Source: Bacteroidota bacterium (GTDB taxonomy: Bacteria > Bacteroidota > Bacteroidia > AKYH767-A > 2013-40CM-41-45). Taken from it: DNA of 46,304 nucleotides. The translations under genes were made by a program, and so were the position numbers. Of this stretch, positions 36,681-45,402 are shown piece by piece. The stretch covers positions 1 through 46,304 of the forward strand of contig JBDKJS010000124.1 in assembly GCA_039806065.1 (NCBI GenBank), in the 5' to 3' direction. The notes under the pieces are model-generated. The model was not told the origin of the DNA. It worked only from the letters and a program-made list of their open reading frames with translations, and searched no databases. Each line of letters begins with the position of its first letter. The first letter of the stretch is position 1.

Positions 36681-38516
36681 TTATAAGGGTAGCTGGTTTT
36701 TCCCTTTTGCAAATGATTTCATGCCTGTTTCCCATATGTATGGAATAATTTTGGCAAATGTTAATTCAGCTTCAGTGTAAGAAAGTTCTTTTTTAGCAAG
36801 CAGCTGCTCTAAATCCTTTTTTACTTTCTTGGCATCTATTAAATTAGATTCTGCAAATGACTTGCTATTGATTTGGTCTACGATCCATTTCTTCATTCTT
36901 CCTTGCAGCCAGGTGTGCAGAGGAGAATTAAAACCTATCTTACTTTTTCTGTTTACAATCTCTTCCGGAACAATTCCTCTCATGGCATCGCGAATAATGG
37001 CCTTGCCAAAACCTTTTCTAATTTTTGAATCATAAGGAATAGAAAATGCAAATTGTAAAATTCTATAATCTAAAAATGGCATTCTTATTTCGATACCATT
37101 CATCATACTGTACCTATCGTAATTTCGAAGTAGGGTTGGAAGTATATTAGAATAAGTGGATTTAAATAGCTGGGTGTTTAAATAGTCGAGTGGGGCTATT
37201 TTCCTATAAATAGGAGTGTTTTTAGCAATCGGTGATAAAAATTTAAAATTGTTGACCAAACTATATTTAAACTTTTTGTAAAGTTCAGGATTTTTGCGGC
37301 TATAAGCATCTTGAATAATGGATGCTATTTCTTTAAATTTAGTAGGGTTAGGAAATGCATCAATCAAAGCCAATTCCATATCAAATGGATATCCCGCAAA
37401 CAATTCATCTGCACCATGGCCATCTATTGAAACTTTAATACCCCCTTGGCGCATTTTTCTATACAATTGAACGAATGGAATGGTAGGAGCGTAGTAAATT
37501 TCTTCAAACATATAAGTTTGATGAAATAGCTTTTCAAGTTCCAATTCAGGATCTATGACTATAAAATTACTTCCTATGTCTAATGCATTAGTCACTTTTT
37601 TAGCATATCCTGTCTCATCTATTGAGGTGCCTGGAAAGCATGCAATAAAGGCATGTTGCCAATCTTTTGTTTTAATATCATCATGAGTTTGAGCAAGATG
37701 ATTTAAGCTACAGATTACACTTGAAGAATCGAGGCCTCCAGATAGTGCAGTGCCTATGGGTACATCACTGCGCATTCTGATTTTACAGGCGTTTAAAAAA
37801 AGATCTCGAAACATCTCCACCTGTGCTTCATACTTGTTGGGTACTTCAATTAATTCATCAAGCGGGTGCCAATATTTGTCTATACTCAATTTATTATTTA
37901 CCAAATAGCCATTACATCCTGCAGGAAATCTTATAATGTTTTTAATTAATGATTCATTTTTTACTTCATAGCCAAAATTGTTTTTGATTGCATCTTGAAT
38001 CACTGGCATATTAAATTCTAAGTGATCAATAAAAGGATAAAGTCCTTTCATTTCTGAAGCGAAAAAGAAATTTTCTTTTTGATGCAAATAAAAAAGTGGT
38101 TTTTTCCCAATTCGATCACGGGATAGAAAAAGTGAATTGAGGGTTTTATTCCAAATGGCCACAGCCCACATTCCATTCAGTCGTTTTACAAACTTATCTT
38201 TCCATTTGTCATAGGCAGCAATGAGTACTTCGGTGTCAGAATCGGTGGTGAATTGATAACCAAAACTAACGAGTTCCTTTTTTAATTCCAGGTAGTTGTA
38301 GATTTCTCCATTGAAAACTGCTACATAATTTAAAAATTCAAATGGTTGATTAGCACTTTCACTTAAATCAATGATTGAAAGTCTTCGGTGACCTAGCATA
38401 ACATTTTCATGATGCCACAGGCCTTCAGCATCAGGACCTCTGTGTGCCAAATTATCCAGAGCTCTTTTGAAAAACTCCTTCTCAGTAAATCCTATGGAAC
38501 CTAAAATACCACACAT
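36681..38516 (-). CDS. Asparagine synthase (glutamine-hydrolysing) family amidotransferase
   Basis: MCGILG Ntn-amidotransferase N-terminus with Cys2, and the PP-loop LSGGLDSSSV. 611 aa. The glycan-operon context suggests sugar carboxamide formation rather than housekeeping AsnB. Confidence 0.85.
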   Translation of the reverse strand: MCGILGSIGFTEKEFFKRALDNLAHRGPDAEGLWHHENVMLGHRRLSIIDLSESANQPFEFLNYVAVFNGEIYNYLELKKELVSFGYQFTTDSDTEVLIAAYDKWKDKFVKRLNGMWAVAIWNKTLNSLFLSRDRIGKKPLFYLHQKENFFFASEMKGLYPFIDHLEFNMPVIQDAIKNNFGYEVKNESLIKNIIRFPAGCNGYLVNNKLSIDKYWHPLDELIEVPNKYEAQVEMFRDLFLNACKIRMRSDVPIGTALSGGLDSSSVICSLNHLAQTHDDIKTKDWQHAFIACFPGTSIDETGYAKKVTNALDIGSNFIVIDPELELEKLFHQTYMFEEIYYAPTIPFVQLYRKMRQGGIKVSIDGHGADELFAGYPFDMELALIDAFPNPTKFKEIASIIQDAYSRKNPELYKKFKYSLVNNFKFLSPIAKNTPIYRKIAPLDYLNTQLFKSTYSNILPTLLRNYDRYSMMNGIEIRMPFLDYRILQFAFSIPYDSKIRKGFGKAIIRDAMRGIVPEEIVNRKSKIGFNSPLHTWLQGRMKKWIVDQINSKSFAESNLIDAKKVKKDLEQLLAKKELSYTEAELTFAKIIPYIWETGMKSFAKGKNQLPL

Positions 38517-39409
38517 TTTAATTTTGTTCTAATTATTGAATTTATATACCAACTGAGCTTATAGAATTTTCTTTTTATTGAACCCTCAGGATGTAGTGTG
38601 GCATTTATTTTTATCCATTCGGTTAAATTATTTCTAGAATAGTTTTTTTTCACCTTCCCTTTTTCAAATTTATAGTTGCAGGCATAGAGGGTGTAATTGT
38701 ATTTTTCATCTTCATTTAAAAACTGGTAATTATATTCATCTTCAAATGCTCTAATATGTACATTTTTATTTTTGTGATTGTAATCATGGTTTTGATGGTA
38801 TATCTTATAGCTCCTGCTCAAGTCTATTGCTTTATAACCTGATTTTACAGCATTCCCAATCATCCATAAATCCCACCCCGGCCTTCCAACTAACATTGGG
38901 GGCATATTAGTTTCGGTATATTGCCCTTTTGGAAACAAAAAATAATCGATACCGGAAGGGCTGTGGAGTTTGAAGCTATCCTTATATTTTTCTTCAAAAG
39001 TTCCTACCCAACCATCTGCAAAGGCTAGCCTTTCATTTACATCCACATCTATTCTTTGACCCACTATTAGTACCTTTTTGTGTTCTTGTTGTTTTATAAT
39101 CTTTAAAATGTCAATTAATGGAGAACTAATTAAAATATCGGCATTGATATAGCAGCACCATTGATTATGTGCAATCATACTTACTTGGCTAAACATAAAA
39201 TTTAATACAGGTACTCCATTTTCATTTGTTTTAATATTTTCAATAATTTTTATACGTGATGTATTCGGTAATAAATCACTTCCTTTTGCATTGCCAAATA
39301 TTACTATTTCGCTATTAGGGTCAGCTGCTAACCAAGAGTCAATAGCGTTCAATTGATTTACACTATTTTTGCCATTAAATGCTTTGGTAGTGGTAAAAAA
39401 GGTAATCAT
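38501..39409 (-). CDS. Hypothetical protein, possibly a GT-A-like glycosyltransferase
   Basis: MITFFTTTKAFNGKNSVNQLNAIDSW, then YINADIL and GIDYFLFPKG. This looks GT-A-like by eye only, and no firm family match can be made. It is tightly packed against its operon neighbours: it overlaps the AsnB-like gene by 16 nt and sits 2 nt from the upstream FkbM gene. Confidence 0.35.
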   Translation of the reverse strand: MITFFTTTKAFNGKNSVNQLNAIDSWLAADPNSEIVIFGNAKGSDLLPNTSRIKIIENIKTNENGVPVLNFMFSQVSMIAHNQWCCYINADILISSPLIDILKIIKQQEHKKVLIVGQRIDVDVNERLAFADGWVGTFEEKYKDSFKLHSPSGIDYFLFPKGQYTETNMPPMLVGRPGWDLWMIGNAVKSGYKAIDLSRSYKIYHQNHDYNHKNKNVHIRAFEDEYNYQFLNEDEKYNYTLYACNYKFEKGKVKKNYSRNNLTEWIKINATLHPEGSIKRKFYKLSWYINSIIRTKLKCVVF

Positions 39410-39411
39410 AA

Positions 39412-40203
39412 TTACGGCTTAATTATATTGGGATTTATATAAATATTGTCCCATTCAACAACTTGACCATTCTCTCTTATAGTAGGGAAGTGGCGAAAGA
39501 AGGTTAATCCATTTTGTCTGATAAATTCATCCACTTCATAGTATTTACATGCTCCATTGTAATAATCGTGGTTATTCATTTCTGTAACTACGATGGCTGT
39601 ATTTTTTAATACTTTTACTGCTCCCTTAAGTACTTCTAATTCAAAACCCTGCACATCCAATTTAAGAAGTGCGACTACTTTTTCTTGTTGAAAAAGCGTG
39701 TCAAGTGTAGTTACTTCAATTTCTTCTGAATCGTGGGTGTTAAGGCTTTGCTGTAAGTAGTCATCGGCATTGGTCACATTAGTAGGTAATAAAGAACTAC
39801 TGCTTGTTCGGCTATTGAGATAAATAATAGCTTTACCAGGTTGAGCACCACAAGCTTTTTGATATACTTTACATTTCGGGTATTTTTTTGCTAAAGATTG
39901 TAAATGTAAAAAGCTTTGACTAGTAGGTTCGAAACAGTGAAACACACTATTAGGTAGTAACGGAGAGAGGTAAGAAAGCGTATCGCCTATGCTTGCGCCA
40001 ACATCTAAAATTGGATAATGTTGAATATTATATTTGTTAATTAATTTGGTAGCTTCATCTAAATGACGGTAACCATTATGGAGTAAAGATGGGAATTCAT
40101 TATCCAAAGTTACCAGGTGATTTCTATGTTGGTGGCAGAGTGATTGAAATATAGGGTTCGAACCTTTTACAATCCTGTATAAAATTTTTTCTAGTAAATT
40201 CAT
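39412..40203 (-). CDS. FkbM-family methyltransferase
   Basis: ILDVGASIGDT (motif I) and KLDVQGFELEVLKG. Confidence 0.8.
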   Translation of the reverse strand: MNLLEKILYRIVKGSNPIFQSLCHQHRNHLVTLDNEFPSLLHNGYRHLDEATKLINKYNIQHYPILDVGASIGDTLSYLSPLLPNSVFHCFEPTSQSFLHLQSLAKKYPKCKVYQKACGAQPGKAIIYLNSRTSSSSLLPTNVTNADDYLQQSLNTHDSEEIEVTTLDTLFQQEKVVALLKLDVQGFELEVLKGAVKVLKNTAIVVTEMNNHDYYNGACKYYEVDEFIRQNGLTFFRHFPTIRENGQVVEWDNIYINPNIIKP

Positions 40204-41093
40204 GATGATAATCTATTTTCAATTGTTGAAATTGATTTAGCAGCAATTAAATTATCATAAGTGTAATTCTCCTTAATCTCAACATTTTTAATTGAATTGG
40301 TATCCGCATCGTACTCGAACCAATTGTAGCCAATTTCTTTAAGTAGTTGGAATTGTTCTTTGCAACTGAATCCAGCTCCTTGCGCATTTCTGTCAGCAAA
40401 TTCCATCATTATAATTACATCTTTCATCTGAGCAAATGATTTAATTCCTCCTTTGAGTACCGGTACTTCCCAACCTTCGACATCAATTTTTATTAGCTTA
40501 ATTTTATCGATATCTAATTGTTGGTCAACTAATAATTGGTCAAAACTGATTACGTGAATAGGAATAGTAGTGGTATTGGTTCCAATGTTAAGGGTGCCAA
40601 GGGTGTTCCAAGCTTCGTAACCATCATTGGATACATTGAAATTTAACGTTGCTTCGCTTTCTGATAAACCCAAGTTAAGGGTGCTTACATTGGTTAGGTT
40701 ATTTAATTCGAAATTTCTTTTCAATTTCGAAAAGGTATCTGGTGTTGGTTCAATGGCAATAATTTTTCCATTGTTTCTAAGCACTTGACCAGCATGAAGG
40801 GAAAAGTATCCAATATTGGCCCCAATGTCGAGAAAGGTATCGCCAGGCCTTAATATCTTATTTAGAAAAGCAATTTCATTTAATTCATAATTATCAAAAA
40901 ATATATTTTTTGCTAGAATACTTCTGGTGTCAAGATTTATTTTCACATGATTTTTTAGTTCATATTCAAAATTGGGCGAAGTCAAAGCATAGTTGCGCCA
41001 TAAAATATCTTTTACAAAGTAGTGATGATCTAACTTTGGATTTTTTATTTTATGATAAATATATTTGGCTTCAATGATTAATCTTGATAGCAT
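40200..41093 (-). CDS. FkbM-family methyltransferase
   Basis: FLDIGANIGYFS (motif I) and KIDVEGWEVPVLKGG. It overlaps the downstream FkbM gene by 4 nt and the wzt stop by 1 nt. Confidence 0.8.
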   Translation of the reverse strand: MLSRLIIEAKYIYHKIKNPKLDHHYFVKDILWRNYALTSPNFEYELKNHVKINLDTRSILAKNIFFDNYELNEIAFLNKILRPGDTFLDIGANIGYFSLHAGQVLRNNGKIIAIEPTPDTFSKLKRNFELNNLTNVSTLNLGLSESEATLNFNVSNDGYEAWNTLGTLNIGTNTTTIPIHVISFDQLLVDQQLDIDKIKLIKIDVEGWEVPVLKGGIKSFAQMKDVIIMMEFADRNAQGAGFSCKEQFQLLKEIGYNWFEYDADTNSIKNVEIKENYTYDNLIAAKSISTIENRLSS

Positions 41094-42304
41094 TAGTCTA
41101 TTATTTTCATGTTAAAATTTTCTAAATAAAGTGCCTGTGATTTGCCAGGCTCGGTAATATAGCCGTTACCTGGTTTGAAGCTTACGGTTATTAATTTAAA
41201 ATTTTCGACTTGTTCTAATTCATAACCATTACTGTCTATATAAGTTACAAGATTATATTCACCCGGTATGAGTTGAATGCATGGGATGTTAAAATGAACT
41301 TTGAATGGACCTGCCTTTATATCAAACAATTGATTGGTAAGCTTACTCCAGAGGCTGCTGATGCGAACCTCATCCATGTTATTAAAACAAAGTGCAATAG
41401 AAACTTTGTCGAAATCTTGAGAGGCTGTACAGTTTAGTACAAAATTCACTGAATCAAAAGTGTGAAAGGAGGTTATTCTATTATGTGATTGATCAAAAAT
41501 TTCGATATCATTGACTGTGATCTTACTATTTCCCTTTTTAATTCTAGGATTATCTTCAATGGATTGCTTTAGGTAAGTATCTATTACCGTATTAGCATCA
41601 GCATTCATCAGCACCTTGCCTTTTTGAAGCATTATAGCCCGTGAGCAAAGTTTTTTCAATACGCTCATATTATGGCTCACTATTAAAATGGTTCTACCTT
41701 CATGGTGTGTAATGCTATCCATTTTATTGATACATTTTCTTTGAAATTCTGCATCACCTACTGCAAGCACTTCATCAATGATCAGTATCTCAGGTTCTAG
41801 AAAAGCTGCTACTGCAAAGGCCAATCTTAATTGCATACCGCTACTATAGTGTTTAAGCGGGGTGTCTAAAAATTTTTCTACGGAACTAAAATCAACAATT
41901 TCATCAAACTTGGCTAGTATTTCCTTTCGCTTCATACCCAATATGGATCCATTTAAAAAGATATTCTCTCTACCGCTCAATTCAGGGTGAAATCCAGTGC
42001 CCACTTCAAGTAGGCTGGCTATTCTACCTCTACTAGTTATTGTTCCGCTAGTGGGTGGTGTAATTTTAGATAATATTTTTAATAAGGTAGATTTGCCTGC
42101 ACCATTTTTCCCAATGATGCCTATAGATTCACCCTGCATCACCTCAAAGCTTACGCTATCCAAAGCATTAAATACTTCGGTACTGTTTTTCTTAAAAAAC
42201 TGCGAAGGCTTGGAAAGTATATCTCTAAGGCTTAAATAGGATTGCTGTTCGTGTAATAGTTTGTACGATTTGCTAATTTCCTTTATTTCTAATAATGGTT
42301 TCAT
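41093..42304 (-). CDS. wzt: Polysaccharide ABC exporter ATP-binding protein (Wzt/TagH type) with a C-terminal extension of about 150 aa
   Basis: Walker A GIIGKNGAGKSTLLK, signature YSSGMQLRLAFA, Walker B ILIIDEVLAVGD. Residues from about 250 to 403 form an extra beta-rich domain in the position of the Wzt C-terminal carbohydrate-binding module. Confidence 0.88.
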   Translation of the reverse strand: MKPLLEIKEISKSYKLLHEQQSYLSLRDILSKPSQFFKKNSTEVFNALDSVSFEVMQGESIGIIGKNGAGKSTLLKILSKITPPTSGTITSRGRIASLLEVGTGFHPELSGRENIFLNGSILGMKRKEILAKFDEIVDFSSVEKFLDTPLKHYSSGMQLRLAFAVAAFLEPEILIIDEVLAVGDAEFQRKCINKMDSITHHEGRTILIVSHNMSVLKKLCSRAIMLQKGKVLMNADANTVIDTYLKQSIEDNPRIKKGNSKITVNDIEIFDQSHNRITSFHTFDSVNFVLNCTASQDFDKVSIALCFNNMDEVRISSLWSKLTNQLFDIKAGPFKVHFNIPCIQLIPGEYNLVTYIDSNGYELEQVENFKLITVSFKPGNGYITEPGKSQALYLENFNMKIID

Positions 42305-43122
42305 TAGGCGAGATCGGCAAAATAATGTTCCGTGCTTTTAAAATAACTTCCTCCAATGAATAATAAGGCAATGGAAAGTAATATAGCAGGGGAGTGGTGG
42401 ATTAATTGAATTGAATCAGCGGTGAGCCCAGCTCTTAATATTTCTATTGCAGCACCTATAGGGTTTAGTTCTAATAATTTATTCAGCCAGCCGAAGGGAA
42501 TTAACTTTGAAGGATAAATAACTGGGGTTAGAAAAAGCAATATTTGAATCAGAAAGGGAACAATGTATTTGAAGTCTCGAAATTTTACACTCAGCGAAGA
42601 AATTAAAAGCCCTAAACCCAGTGTGGTGATTAACACAATACTCAATGCGATTGGCAATGCATAAAATAAATGCCACGATGGAATAAAGTCAAAGTAAATA
42701 CAGGCTGATGCAAAAAGTAGCAATGAAATGAAAAAGTCAAAGAAGGGAACTATAATTCCTGTAACTGGAAGGATTAGTCTAGGGAAGTAAATTTTTTTAA
42801 TGATATTGGCATTTGTAATCATGCTATTAGAAGCGTTAGATAGGCCGTTGCTAAATACATTCCATAATAATAAACCGCCTAGTACGAATAGCGGGTAGGG
42901 TAGACTTGATGATGTATGAGTTTTCACAAAGTTACCAAAGAAGGCTACAAATATGCTCATGAAAATAAGTGGCTGTAACACTACCCAAACTACACCAAGA
43001 GCTGTTTGTTTGTATTTAATTTTAATATCGCGCCAAGTGAAAAAGAAAAAAAGTTCGCGGTAGTCCCACACTTCTTTAAAGTTGAAAGCTAATTTTTTTT
43101 GTGGTTTAATGTGATATTCCAT
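42304..43122 (-). CDS. wzm: ABC-2 type polysaccharide exporter permease (Wzm type)
   Basis: 272 aa with six TM segments. N-terminal WDYRELFFFFTWRDIKIKYKQTALGVVWVVLQPL, a typical ABC-2 permease start. Confidence 0.85.
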   Translation of the reverse strand: MEYHIKPQKKLAFNFKEVWDYRELFFFFTWRDIKIKYKQTALGVVWVVLQPLIFMSIFVAFFGNFVKTHTSSSLPYPLFVLGGLLLWNVFSNGLSNASNSMITNANIIKKIYFPRLILPVTGIIVPFFDFFISLLLFASACIYFDFIPSWHLFYALPIALSIVLITTLGLGLLISSLSVKFRDFKYIVPFLIQILLFLTPVIYPSKLIPFGWLNKLLELNPIGAAIEILRAGLTADSIQLIHHSPAILLSIALLFIGGSYFKSTEHYFADLA

Positions 43123-43142
43123 CGCAGCGCTTCTATTCTATG

Positions 43143-43150
43143 CAAACTTA
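43143..43150 (-). promoter_or_regulatory. Candidate -7 box TAAGTTTG upstream of wzm (internal promoter of the glycan locus)
   Basis: Matches TAnnTTTG on the minus strand, 20 nt upstream of the ATG at 43122, with a T8-G (TTTG) element about 18 nt further upstream. Confidence 0.35.
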
Positions 43151-43217
43151 ATTATAATGACTACAAATCAAAAAAAATGATTCAGGTGCAAAGTAAAAAT
43201 AGATATTTGATGTGGGC

Positions 43218-44168
43218 TTATCTTATGGCTAAGCTATGATTCTCATTAGCCAATATAAAATCTTGATAGGTGGATGCAATTCCTTGGTCAAGTGTGATGG
43301 TGGGTTTCCACCCTGCTTGATTTAATTTGGTGCTATCCATCAACTTTCTAAGAGTTCCATCAGGTTTACTGGTATTGAAGGTTAATTGTCCAGTATAGCC
43401 AACAATTTGTTGAATTTTCAAAGCAAGATCTTTAATGCTGATATCAGTTCCAGAGCCTATGTTTAGAAATGATGCTTCATTGTAATGATGCATCATAAAA
43501 TAGCAAGCAGCGGCCAAGTCATCTACATGAAGAAATTCTCGGAGCGGCTTGCCAGTGCCCCATACTTCTACAGTGGGGTGGCTATTTATCTTGGCTTCAT
43601 GAATTTTACGAATTAAAGCGGGCAACACATGTGAATTTTCTAAGTGGTAGTTATCATTTGGGCCATATAAATTGGTGGGCATGCCGGCAATGAAGTTGCA
43701 ACCATATTGATGCCTATATGCTTCGCACATTTTTATACCTGTAATTTTGGCTATGGCATAAGGTTCATTGGTAGGTTCAAGGTATCCACTTAATAGTGAT
43801 TCCTCGCGCATGGGTTGTTCGCAATTTTTAGGATAGATACAAGAGCTACCTAAAAACAGTAATTTTTCAGATTGGTGAATGTAGGCTGCATGAATTACAT
43901 TTAGTTGTATGGCTAAATTGTCGTATAGGAATTCAGCTCGATAAACGTTATTTGCATTGATGCCACCTACTTTAGCGGCTGATAGAAAAATATACTCAGG
44001 TTTATATTTTTCAAAGAAGCGGTTGACGGCTTCTTGATTTCTAAGGTCCACTTCATTTCGGCTGGCAATAATAAGATTTGCATAACCTTTATTTTGAAGT
44101 AATCTAAAAATTGCAGAACCCACCATCCCTTTGTGGCCTGCCACAAAGATTCGTGAATTTTTATTCAT
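43218..44168 (-). CDS. fcl: GDP-L-fucose synthase (GDP-4-keto-6-deoxymannose 3,5-epimerase/4-reductase)
   Basis: [20 protein letters not shown] and YAIAKITG (SYK triad region). 316 aa. It overlaps gmd by 8 nt. Confidence 0.93.
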   Translation of the reverse strand: MNKNSRIFVAGHKGMVGSAIFRLLQNKGYANLIIASRNEVDLRNQEAVNRFFEKYKPEYIFLSAAKVGGINANNVYRAEFLYDNLAIQLNVIHAAYIHQSEKLLFLGSSCIYPKNCEQPMREESLLSGYLEPTNEPYAIAKITGIKMCEAYRHQYGCNFIAGMPTNLYGPNDNYHLENSHVLPALIRKIHEAKINSHPTVEVWGTGKPLREFLHVDDLAAACYFMMHHYNEASFLNIGSGTDISIKDLALKIQQIVGYTGQLTFNTSKPDGTLRKLMDSTKLNQAGWKPTITLDQGIASTYQDFILANENHSLAIR

Positions 44169-45273
44169 GGTAATTAAATATCTTATGGCCTCCCTCTTTC
44201 AAGTATTTATCACGCTTAAAAAGATCAACATCGGCTGCCATCATTTCTTTTACTAGAGCTGCCAAATCATATTTTGGCATCCATCCCAATTTGGTCATTG
44301 CTTTATTAGCATCGCCAAGGAGTAAATCTACTTCGGTAGGTCTAAAGTACTTGGGGTCAATGGCCATTACCTCTTTTCCAATTGGAATTTGAAATTCTGG
44401 GTTGTTACAAGCTGAAACAATTGCCTTTTCTTCTAATCCACTTCCCTTGAAGGCCACTTCTATTCCAACTTCCGCAAATGACATTCTCAAAAACTCTCGT
44501 ACTTCAGTAGTTTTACCAGTAGCAATCACAAAGTCTTCGGGTTTTTCTTGTTGGAGGATCAAGTACATCGCCTCAACATAATCTTTGGCATGGCCCCAGT
44601 CACGTTTTGAATCTATGTTACCTAGATAGACTTTATCCTGTAAGCCAAGAGCAATTCTTGCTACGGCCCTGGTTATTTTTCTTGATACAAAAGTTTCACC
44701 TCTCAATGGTGATTCGTGATTGAATAGAATGCCATTGCAAGCATACATGTTATAAGCTTCGCGATAGTTAACGGTAATCCAATAAGCATACAGTTTAGCC
44801 ACTGCATAGGGTGATCGCGGGTAAAAAGGAGTGCGTTCACTTTGTGGTGTTTCTTGCACTAAGCCATATAGTTCGGATGTGCTAGCCTGGTAAATGCGAG
44901 TTTTATTTTCTAATTTTAAAATCCTGATGGCCTCTAATAATCTCAAGGTACCTATACCATCGGCATTGGCTGTATATTCTGGCGTGTCAAAGCTAACCTT
45001 GACGTGACTCATGGCACCAAGGTTGTAAATTTCATCAGGCTGCACCTCTTGAATGAGTCGGATTAAATTAGTTGAATCGCTCAGGTCGCCATAGTGCATT
45101 TTGAACCTAACATTTTTTTCATGTGGGTCCTGGTAAAGGTGATCAACTCGATCAGTATTAAAAAGTGAACTTCTTCTTTTTATACCATGTACTTCATAGC
45201 CTTTTTTCAAAAGAAATTCGGCTAGATAAGCCCCATCTTGTCCGGTGATTCCGGTTACTAAAGCAACTTTCAT
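44161..45273 (-). CDS. gmd: GDP-mannose 4,6-dehydratase
   Basis: [50 protein letters not shown] and [12 protein letters not shown]. Confidence 0.95.
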   Translation of the reverse strand: MKVALVTGITGQDGAYLAEFLLKKGYEVHGIKRRSSLFNTDRVDHLYQDPHEKNVRFKMHYGDLSDSTNLIRLIQEVQPDEIYNLGAMSHVKVSFDTPEYTANADGIGTLRLLEAIRILKLENKTRIYQASTSELYGLVQETPQSERTPFYPRSPYAVAKLYAYWITVNYREAYNMYACNGILFNHESPLRGETFVSRKITRAVARIALGLQDKVYLGNIDSKRDWGHAKDYVEAMYLILQQEKPEDFVIATGKTTEVREFLRMSFAEVGIEVAFKGSGLEEKAIVSACNNPEFQIPIGKEVMAIDPKYFRPTEVDLLLGDANKAMTKLGWMPKYDLAALVKEMMAADVDLFKRDKYLKEGGHKIFNYHE

Positions 45274-45338
45274 TGAGATTGATTGGTTTTCTAGGTGATT
45301 TTAAAAAGTAAATTTAGGTTGATTTTTGTTGTAAAATG

Positions 45339-45346
45339 CAAATATA
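45339..45346 (-). promoter_or_regulatory. Candidate -7 box TATATTTG upstream of gmd
   Basis: Matches TAnnTTTG on the minus strand, 66 nt upstream of the ATG at 45273, in the divergent gmd / rdgB intergenic region. Confidence 0.3.
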
Positions 45347-45402
45347 ACAAATAAAATCGTGGTTAAATAATACCTATTTTCGCCAATAGAACAATATACC
45401 TG

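Noticed and set aside
36681-38516. AsnB-like gene considered as a lasso-peptide cyclase or other RiPP enzyme.
   Set aside because: There is no adjacent transglutaminase-like leader protease, RiPP recognition element or short precursor ORF. The gene is embedded in, and overlaps, a sugar-export operon, so a glycan-amidation role is more parsimonious.
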